Assembly (NCBI GenBank): GCA_016699265.1
Contig: CP064967.1
Span: 480,001-512,000 of the forward strand
Length of the DNA stretch: 32,000 nucleotides
From: Candidatus Saccharimonadota bacterium
GTDB lineage: Bacteria > Patescibacteriota > Microgenomatia > UBA1406 > GWC2-37-13
Direction: 5' to 3'
The position numbers and the translations under genes are program-made. Shown in pieces: positions 23,799 to 30,503 of this stretch. The number at the start of each line of letters is the position of its first letter. The first letter of the stretch is position 1. The notes under the pieces are model-generated. The model had not been told where the DNA came from, ran no database searches, and was given only the letters and a program-made list of their open reading frames with translations.

Positions 23799-25208
23799 TC
23801 AAGGTCTATTTAGAGCTCTAATTATATCAGAATGGAGTTTATAAACATCGCCCGCACCCAAAGTCATGATAACGCAGGGAATAGGAGTTGAGGCTAGTTT
23901 TGAGCATAAATCATCTGTTCCTGACAGCGACTCGATCGAATCAAATCTTCGTTCTTTCGCTTTAATGACGATGTCTTTATGGGTAACTATGAAGTCGGAA
24001 ACATTTTCTCGAGCGGATGCAAAGATGGGTAGAATATACGCATGTTTGGAGCCCACGAAACTACCTGCAAACTCTTCAAGAAGTGCCTGAGTTCGTGAGT
24101 AAGTGTGAGGTTGGAAAATTACAATGGGCTTAGTTCCCCATCGCTCGGCTGCCGCCTTAATTACCGCCTTAATTTCCTCTGGATGATGCGCGTAATCATC
24201 GACTATAGTAATGCCTTTTTCGTTATAAACCACCTCAAATCTTCGTTTGGCACCAACAAAGTCCCGAACTGCTTTCTTTATATTTTTTTCGATGAATCCG
24301 AGCTTGAGAAGAACTACAACGACACCAGCAGCATTCACGATATTGTGGTCTCCGTGTAGTGAGAGATGGATATCTGAGATGACCTTATCCCCTGATATCA
24401 GATCAAATTTAGAACCCAGTGAAGTAGCCTGATGATTGATAATTCTGTACGTAGCATCTTCAGCAAATCCAAAACTAACAAACTGAACTCCAGATTTTAT
24501 AATAACCTCAATTGCTGGTTCACTGTCGGCACAGACAACGTTATACTCACTTTGTTTAAAAAATGTTTCGTACGACGACTTCACTTCCTCAAGGTTTGCA
24601 AAAATGTCGGGATGATCAAAATCAATGTTCGTGCAAAGACTAAAGGATGGTTTTAGTTGCAAAAACTTAGGTGTTTTATCCTGTGGAGGATTTACACCGT
24701 ACTCGTCCGCCTCGACAACAAAGTATGAGGTTGAATCATAGTCACCTGCTGGATAATCGTTGAATCCGGAGGATCCGGTAAAGTACGACGGCTTCACTCC
24801 TAACTTTATGAGCGCGTAACTCAATAGCGAAGAAGTCGTTGTCTTGCCATGAGATCCGCAGACTGCTATAGACTTCTCAAACATTATTACGAGGAATCCT
24901 AAGAGCGCTGCCTGAGAGACGGTCTTAAATCCCCGTTTTATCGCTTCTTTAATGATAGGGTTATTCGTTCCGCCGTGTGCTGCGCTGTAAACTACAAGAT
25001 CGCTATCAGAAGGAAGTGATGAAATATCGAAGTTCTCTACTATGGTAATCTGGTAACTTTTTAGTTCGTCATCGGTAATGAATTTCTCAGGGACGTCTAC
25101 GCCCACAACAACCTTTCCCATCTTATGAAGAATTATGGCAAGCTGCGCCATACCTACCCCCTTTATACCCAAAATAAATACTTTTTTCGCTGATTCTATA
25201 TCGATCAT
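23799..25208 (-). CDS. murC: UDP-N-acetylmuramate--L-alanine ligase
   Basis: It has KKVFILGIKGVGMAQLAIIL (MurC Rossmann N-domain), AVCGSHGKTTTSSLL (P-loop), VVEADEYG and DDYAHHPEEI. Confidence 0.9.
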   Translation of the reverse strand: MIDIESAKKVFILGIKGVGMAQLAIILHKMGKVVVGVDVPEKFITDDELKSYQITIVENFDISSLPSDSDLVVYSAAHGGTNNPIIKEAIKRGFKTVSQAALLGFLVIMFEKSIAVCGSHGKTTTSSLLSYALIKLGVKPSYFTGSSGFNDYPAGDYDSTSYFVVEADEYGVNPPQDKTPKFLQLKPSFSLCTNIDFDHPDIFANLEEVKSSYETFFKQSEYNVVCADSEPAIEVIIKSGVQFVSFGFAEDATYRIINHQATSLGSKFDLISGDKVISDIHLSLHGDHNIVNAAGVVVVLLKLGFIEKNIKKAVRDFVGAKRRFEVVYNEKGITIVDDYAHHPEEIKAVIKAAAERWGTKPIVIFQPHTYSRTQALLEEFAGSFVGSKHAYILPIFASARENVSDFIVTHKDIVIKAKERRFDSIESLSGTDDLCSKLASTPIPCVIMTLGAGDVYKLHSDIIRALNRP

Positions 25209-25329
25209 AGTGCTTATTGTACAACAAAGCTGAACTACTCAGGAAAGTTTGGAAGTTTCATACCTTCACGATGCAAGGGGGGGTAAAAGGGAGGATTACC
25301 GTCTTTCGAAAATAGGATGTCCGTATCGT

Positions 25330-25355
25330 ACTTCAATTATTTAAATAATTGAAGT
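25330..25355. repeat. Perfect palindrome, copy 2 (core CTTCAATTATTTAAATAATTGAAG)
   Basis: The core at 25331-25354 is identical to 3974-3997. The flanking A/T extends it to 26 bp. It lies 3 nt downstream of the pgeF stop and about 120 nt upstream of the murC start. Confidence 0.9.
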
Positions 25356-25357
25356 AT

Positions 25358-26035
25358 TTAGGCGTTATTGAGCATTATAAAAGAGAACTGTTCGGGAAAT
25401 TTTGTCTTATCCTGAGGTGATTCGAAGGGTAAATCTCTTGAGTTCCTGTAAGAGTAGAATCGCTTGGAGTAGCACTTTGTGCAGAAAGGAAATGTGTCAA
25501 TCTGTTCCTTACCCAAACCCGATTCAAGAAGTTGTTTCACATTATCTTCTAAAAGATTCATCGGATAACAGCAAGCACCGATTGCTGGACCGATTGCCAC
25601 GCGGATGTCTTGAGACTTAGAACCTAGAGCGTATAACTTATCAATCATCTTCATTGCAAGTTTTAGCTCTGTTCCTTTTCGACCATTATGAGATATTCCT
25701 ACAATATTTTTAACTAGATCAAGGTAAAGTATGGGTGCGCAGTCTGCGGTAATAACAGTAAGCGCCACTCCTTTTTCACTCGTAATCAAGCCGTCGCATT
25801 CATCGATATCTAAAATACCTTTAGAGTTATCGCTAGTAACATGAACGATGTGATCGCCATGCACCTGTTCAGGATCAACGATAGTTTTGTACGTAACGTT
25901 GTGCGTCGTAAGATAGTGCCTTATATCTTCAACATCTCTCCCGTTTCCGCTCATGCGAGTTCCGAATCCGTGGACAATATTTTTTGATAGTAATGAAGAA
26001 CTAATAACCTTAGAAGTGTCACTATAAGTTAGCAC
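25358..26035 (-). CDS. pgeF: YfiH/PgeF (DUF152) family protein, peptidoglycan editing factor / purine nucleoside phosphorylase-like
   Basis: It has HGFGTRMSG, EQVHGDHIVHV, TADCAPILYLD, ISHNGRKGT and IGPAIGACCY, in the order typical of the family. Confidence 0.85.
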   Translation of the reverse strand: MLTYSDTSKVISSSLLSKNIVHGFGTRMSGNGRDVEDIRHYLTTHNVTYKTIVDPEQVHGDHIVHVTSDNSKGILDIDECDGLITSEKGVALTVITADCAPILYLDLVKNIVGISHNGRKGTELKLAMKMIDKLYALGSKSQDIRVAIGPAIGACCYPMNLLEDNVKQLLESGLGKEQIDTFPFCTKCYSKRFYSYRNSRDLPFESPQDKTKFPEQFSFIMLNNA

Positions 26036-26036
26036 T

Positions 26037-27254
26037 TTATTTTTTAAGATTCATTGCATTTTCAACAGCAAGGAATTCATCCCATTGATTCTCGACCCCA
26101 TTTCGATTAAGACTTTTTTCATGCGCCTTTCCCGTGCACACTACCACATCTCCTTTTTTAGCCAACTTAATAGCATGATTAATAGCTTGCTGCCTATTCA
26201 TAATAAATAACAAAGTGCCTTCTTTAATTCTTAATTCTTTATTATCAATTCCATGAATTATTTCCTGATAAATTTTCTCAGGGTCTTCTGTTCTGTAGTC
26301 CTCCTCCGTAACAATGCTGATATCAGCGTATTTGCCGGTCTCAGCTCCCATCATTGATCTCTTCGATGCATCTCGTAAACCAGCAGAACCAAATACGTGT
26401 ATGAGTCTTCCCTTCATTTTCGTTGATTCTTTCTTCAGCTCAGGAAGAACACTTGCGAGTGCGTTTGGAGTATGAGCGAAGTCAACGTAAACTTTGAAAT
26501 CTCCATCGTGCACTAGATCAAATCGACCTATCGGAAGTTCGTAGGTCTTCAACCCAGTAAAGATTGCTTTTTTATCTATACCCAATTCCAGGCAAACAGA
26601 ATACGCTGCTAAAAAATTGTATCGATTATATTCTGGTATGTTCTTTTTCAGTTCCTTTTCTATGTACACCTTGTAATCCGCATCGTTTTTGAGTCCATAA
26701 GTTTTAATCTTGTTTTTCAATATTGTTTTCAGTTTTTCAAACGAAGTATCATCCCGATTGATAATTCCGATTTTTGAGCGCTTTAGGAGTTTTGCTTTTG
26801 TAAGGAGATATTTTTCATAGGTAATATGGTAGTCTAGATGCTCATGAGTGATATTTGTGATTACTCCAATTTCATAAAAAATACCAAAGTTACGGTTTTG
26901 ATCGAGACCATGTGAGGTAGTTTCTAAAACGAAATATTCATCTCCATGTTTTACCGATTCGCTTAACAGCTTCTGTAGTAACACCGCATCGGGAGTGGTT
27001 ACATGAAGTCCTGTCTCATATTCTTTGTCACCGATCTTTGCATACACTGTTGAGAGCATCGAAACTTTTTTTCCTGCGGATTTCAGAATGTGATATATCG
27101 CATGCGTTGTGGTTGTCTTACCATCGGTACCCGTTACGCCAATCACTCTCAATTTAGAGCTAGGATACCCATAGTAGACAGTAGCAGCCACAGCTCGCAG
27201 AAGATGGTAGATATTGATTAAGGGCTGGATGTGCCGTTTGAATTTTTCGTACAT
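26037..27254 (-). CDS. murE: Mur ligase, MurE-like, with a very short N-terminal domain
   Basis: The P-loop VIGVTGTDGKTTT already occurs at about residue 38. Other motifs are LETTSHGLDQNR, NITHEHLDYH, VDFAHTPNAL, FGSAGLRDASKR and TGKAHEKS. TEEDYRTEDP replaces the usual DNPR motif. Substrate specificity cannot be read from the sequence. Confidence 0.7.
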   Translation of the reverse strand: MYEKFKRHIQPLINIYHLLRAVAATVYYGYPSSKLRVIGVTGTDGKTTTTHAIYHILKSAGKKVSMLSTVYAKIGDKEYETGLHVTTPDAVLLQKLLSESVKHGDEYFVLETTSHGLDQNRNFGIFYEIGVITNITHEHLDYHITYEKYLLTKAKLLKRSKIGIINRDDTSFEKLKTILKNKIKTYGLKNDADYKVYIEKELKKNIPEYNRYNFLAAYSVCLELGIDKKAIFTGLKTYELPIGRFDLVHDGDFKVYVDFAHTPNALASVLPELKKESTKMKGRLIHVFGSAGLRDASKRSMMGAETGKYADISIVTEEDYRTEDPEKIYQEIIHGIDNKELRIKEGTLLFIMNRQQAINHAIKLAKKGDVVVCTGKAHEKSLNRNGVENQWDEFLAVENAMNLKK

Positions 27255-27258
27255 ACTA

Positions 27259-28896
27259 TCAATTGCTCGGTGGAATGTTGTAATAGTATAACAACTCTTT
27301 TGCTATCTCAAAGAAAATCGGGGCTGCGGTTTCCGATCCGTAAATCGAACTTTTTGGTTCTTTCAACACAACTAGAGCAATAAACTTAGGTTTATCTGCA
27401 GGAGCAAATCCAATAAACGAAGCAATTGTTTTTGAGGCATCATACTTTCCCCCAATCGCAATCTGAGCCGTTCCGGTCTTACCTCCAATATGATATCCTT
27501 CTGGAATTGCCCACTTATACTCTCCGTGCTCAACGGTGGATACCAGCATTTTTTTCACAATATCAGATGTTTTTTGACTCAATATTTTTTTATCAAGTTT
27601 AGGTTTAACCTCTTGAGTAGTCAGACCTGTTTTCATAGCCTTTACGATGTATGGTCTCATGAGATTTCCACCATTTATGACCGCGGAAAATGCCCGAACC
27701 ATCTGGATTGGTGTTACCACAATTCCCTGACCGAAGGTAACGGTAGCATAATCAATATCGGCCCAGTAATCTCGGATGTAGCCGGCACTTTCTCCTTGTA
27801 GATCGATGCCTGTTTTTTGTCCAAATCCGTATTCCTCAACATATTTTTTGACATTATTTTTTCCAAGTTTAGACCCTATGTACACCATTCCAACATTTGA
27901 CGATTTCTCTAAAATTCTGGTCATCGAAATCTTACCTTCGTACTTATTGTTCCAAGTTCTAATCGTGTACTCACCAATAGTAACTGGTCCCTTTTCATCA
28001 AATTTGGAGTCGGATTTAATCGCCTTCTCTTCAATACCCGCTGCTGTAATAAGCGGCTTGAAGGTGGATCCTGGCTCATAGAGTGAAGAGATAGATTGAT
28101 TATTGAAGGTTTGATCATTTGAGTCGTAATACAAATTAGGATCGTAGTCGGGTAGACACGTAAGTGCCAAAATTTCGAGTGTGTTTGGATTCGCGACAAT
28201 CACACATCCTTCTTTAGCTTGATAGCTTTCTAATCCACTCTTCAGCTTTGCTTTGGCAATATTCTGCACCGTTTTATCTACCGTTAAGATCAGATCTCTA
28301 CCGTTCTCAGAGTCGATCTTCTCTTGATCTCCGATCAAAATAGGTCTACCTATAAGATCGCGCTCGCTTTTGACAAATCCCAATAATCCAGCTAGGTCTT
28401 GCTCATAAAATCCTTCTACTCCAAAGTATCCAATCGGCTCTCCTGCTTTTCCTTTACCTACAAAGCCTAAAAGGTGGGCAGATAACGATGCTTCTGGGTA
28501 ATACCGTTGTGATTGCTCCTCAAACCCCACTCCTCGTAGTTTGAGCGCTTCAATTGTTTTCTTCGTCTTCTGTGAAACTCCCTCTGCCAACTTCACCCAA
28601 CTTAGCGATGGATCAAGTCGAGCCGCGATAGAAGCCTGGTCAGCAGATAACTCTTTAGCAACCTTCTCGGTAACGGTAGAAATATCCTTAATAATTTTAG
28701 GCTCGGCAAATACTAAGTAGGTCTTTCTGTTAAGGGCAAGAGGTTGTTGATTCCGGTCCAAAATCGTTCCCCGATCTGGATAGATCTGCTTGTACTTGAG
28801 GTATGACTGTGAGACGTTTGATGATGGAGCAACCTGAATAAAAAATAGCTTTACAGTATGGCAATAAAAATGAATAGAAAGAAGAAAAAACAGCAC
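27259..28896 (-). CDS. ftsI: Class B penicillin-binding protein (FtsI-type transpeptidase)
   Basis: It has PGSTFKP (SxxK), KSSN (SxN) and GKTGTA (KTG). The track start is a GTG at 28896. A better-placed ATG at 28909 is out of frame by one T (see findings). Confidence 0.9.
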   Translation of the reverse strand: MLFFLLSIHFYCHTVKLFFIQVAPSSNVSQSYLKYKQIYPDRGTILDRNQQPLALNRKTYLVFAEPKIIKDISTVTEKVAKELSADQASIAARLDPSLSWVKLAEGVSQKTKKTIEALKLRGVGFEEQSQRYYPEASLSAHLLGFVGKGKAGEPIGYFGVEGFYEQDLAGLLGFVKSERDLIGRPILIGDQEKIDSENGRDLILTVDKTVQNIAKAKLKSGLESYQAKEGCVIVANPNTLEILALTCLPDYDPNLYYDSNDQTFNNQSISSLYEPGSTFKPLITAAGIEEKAIKSDSKFDEKGPVTIGEYTIRTWNNKYEGKISMTRILEKSSNVGMVYIGSKLGKNNVKKYVEEYGFGQKTGIDLQGESAGYIRDYWADIDYATVTFGQGIVVTPIQMVRAFSAVINGGNLMRPYIVKAMKTGLTTQEVKPKLDKKILSQKTSDIVKKMLVSTVEHGEYKWAIPEGYHIGGKTGTAQIAIGGKYDASKTIASFIGFAPADKPKFIALVVLKEPKSSIYGSETAAPIFFEIAKELLYYYNIPPSN

Positions 28897-28910
28897 GAAT
28901 CTTTGGCATA

Positions 28911-30029
28911 TCAGTTGCGTCTTGCAACACCCATGGTGTGTAGGTAGTATGGCTTAGCTTTTGCAGTAAATGTAAGATCTGCGGCTCTGGATGCTGCATA
29001 CTGGAGTGAGTTAACGCTGTACATCGACTCCTCTAAATCGCTATTCTCCAATTTGAGCGCATAGGTTTTCGTCTCATATTCCTGAATGCTTTGGCTCTGC
29101 TTCATACTCATAACAAAGGCGAAGATGTTAGCAACTATCAAAACAGAAAATAATACACCAATTGTGCTTTGTATCTTTGAAATTTTCATATTGTTATTTT
29201 TGACAACTACCCTCATTAAGGCCGATCTCTCAAATGATTTGGCCATCTTCTTCTTTACCTTCCAATCGTTAGATATTAGTTTTTTGTTATTTGATATTAA
29301 CTTTTTGACCTGTCTGTCTTCTCCTGAATTAAAGGTTATTACGACGAGTACGCCACCTGACTTAAGAAGTGAAAGTCCGCCCATAAATCCTTTATGGAGA
29401 TTTTCCACTTCGTCATTCACTAACATTCGCAGAGCTTGGAAGATTCGACTATATATACGCGTATTTTTTGAAGGTGCTACGGCATCAATCGCATCGCACA
29501 GATCACCAACGGTCTTAATTTTTCGGTCATTTCGTCTACGCAATATTGATTTTGCTATCTTTTCCGATAATGGCTCCTCACCATATCGCGCCAAGATAAA
29601 ATATAGTTCTTCTTCATTTGCTGAATTGAGAAAGTCCGAAGCATCTTCTCTTGTCTGATCAAGTAACCTCATGTCTAATGGTTCTTCTCTGTTTTTGAAC
29701 GATAGTCCAATACCATTACTAGTCATCTGTCCGTATGAGATCCCCAGATCAAACAAAACTCCGTCTACTGGGTAAAAATTCTTCTCTTTTGCAATGGCCT
29801 CAATGTCCGCAAAGTTGCACTGCGCAAGCATCACGCCGGAGCCTTCAAGCTCCTTCGAAGCTCTCTTAATTTGCTCTTTATCATAATCAAGTCCCAGTAC
29901 CTCTCCTCCAAGCTCTCGAATTTTGTTAAGGTGCCCTAACTGTCCGATCGTCGCATCTATATATCTTTTACCTTTGTTTACCTGTAATGCTTCTATGGCC
30001 TCATCGAGCATTACTGGTGTATGTGTCAT
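28911..30029 (-). CDS. rsmH: 16S rRNA m4C1402 methyltransferase RsmH continuous with an FtsL-like TM/coiled-coil segment
   Basis: Residues 1-280 are RsmH: HTPVMLDEAIEAL, YIDATIGQLGH, DGVLFDLGISYGQ, EPLDMRL, FNSGEDR, ERSALMRVVVK. There is no stop codon. From Met281 (ATG at 29187-29189) the same frame gives MKISKIQSTIGVLFSVLIVANIFAFVMSM (TM) followed by a short coiled-coil-like ectodomain. That occupies the slot ftsL holds in canonical dcw clusters. Confidence 0.85.
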   Translation of the reverse strand: MTHTPVMLDEAIEALQVNKGKRYIDATIGQLGHLNKIRELGGEVLGLDYDKEQIKRASKELEGSGVMLAQCNFADIEAIAKEKNFYPVDGVLFDLGISYGQMTSNGIGLSFKNREEPLDMRLLDQTREDASDFLNSANEEELYFILARYGEEPLSEKIAKSILRRRNDRKIKTVGDLCDAIDAVAPSKNTRIYSRIFQALRMLVNDEVENLHKGFMGGLSLLKSGGVLVVITFNSGEDRQVKKLISNNKKLISNDWKVKKKMAKSFERSALMRVVVKNNNMKISKIQSTIGVLFSVLIVANIFAFVMSMKQSQSIQEYETKTYALKLENSDLEESMYSVNSLQYAASRAADLTFTAKAKPYYLHTMGVARRN

Positions 30030-30033
30030 GATC

Positions 30034-30062
30034 TTATTTCTTAGTTCTTAATTCTTAGTTCT
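30034..30062. repeat. Heptamer array (TTCTTAG-type) in the mraZ-rsmH spacer; inverted-repeat partner of 21381..21409
   Basis: The sequence is TTATTTCTTAGTTCTTAATTCTTAGTTCT, made of TTCTTAG/TTCTTAA/TTCTTAG/TTCTAG units. It is 27/29 complementary to 21381-21409. Confidence 0.85.
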
Positions 30063-30067
30063 AGTCA

Positions 30068-30454
30068 TTAATTCTTAGATTTCTCTACCCATTTCTCTTC
30101 GTCCCAGAACTCAAAGTGATCTCCTACTCCTATAATCACAACCTTCTTACTCAAACCTGCAAACTCAAGCAAGTTCTTCGGAATCACGAATCTTCCCTGC
30201 TCATCAATCTCAAGACTGCTCGCTGATGAAAAAACAAATCTTCTTTTATCTAAATTTTCTTGCTCGAGTAGGGAAACCTGCAACAACTCATTTGCCCGAT
30301 CTTCCCAGTCTTGTTTGTCGAATCCGGCAAGACATTTGTCGAATCCTTTTGTTACAATAAAACTGTTTCCTTTTAAAAGTTCTCTGATTTTTTTTGGTAA
30401 AACAATTCTTCCAAGTCCAGTAAACGATACTTGAAATTCACCAATAAAAACCAT
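30068..30454 (-). CDS. mraZ: Transcriptional regulator MraZ
   Basis: It has two SpoVT/AbrB-like halves, FTGLGRIVLPKKIRELL and IDEQGRFVIPKNLLEFAGL, plus GVGDHFEFWDEEKW. It is the first gene of the dcw cluster. Confidence 0.93.
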   Translation of the reverse strand: MVFIGEFQVSFTGLGRIVLPKKIRELLKGNSFIVTKGFDKCLAGFDKQDWEDRANELLQVSLLEQENLDKRRFVFSSASSLEIDEQGRFVIPKNLLEFAGLSKKVVIIGVGDHFEFWDEEKWVEKSKN

Positions 30455-30478
30455 ATATAACCATTTTGAACCATTTTA
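30449..30478 (-). promoter_or_regulatory. Three AACCAT (ATGGTT on the mraZ strand) direct repeats with exact 10-bp spacing; candidate MraZ operator
   Basis: AACCAT occurs at 30449, 30459 and 30469. The last two units are AACCATTTT. The first unit contains the mraZ start codon. The function is inferred. Confidence 0.3.
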
Positions 30479-30503
30479 AGTTAGTTGTCAAGCGTATAAA
30501 TGT

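Noticed and set aside
29086-29658. A 190-aa plus-strand ORF.
   Set aside because: It is antisense to rsmH/ftsL-like and has no motifs. The opposite strand carries clear RsmH motifs.
21374-30078. The short tandem arrays as a CRISPR array, or the inverted-repeat pair as transposon ends.
   Set aside because: The units are 7-9 bp with no spacers, so they are not CRISPR. No cas, transposase or recombinase gene lies in or next to the bracketed segment, which consists of essential dcw genes. The repeats are reported as structure of unknown function.
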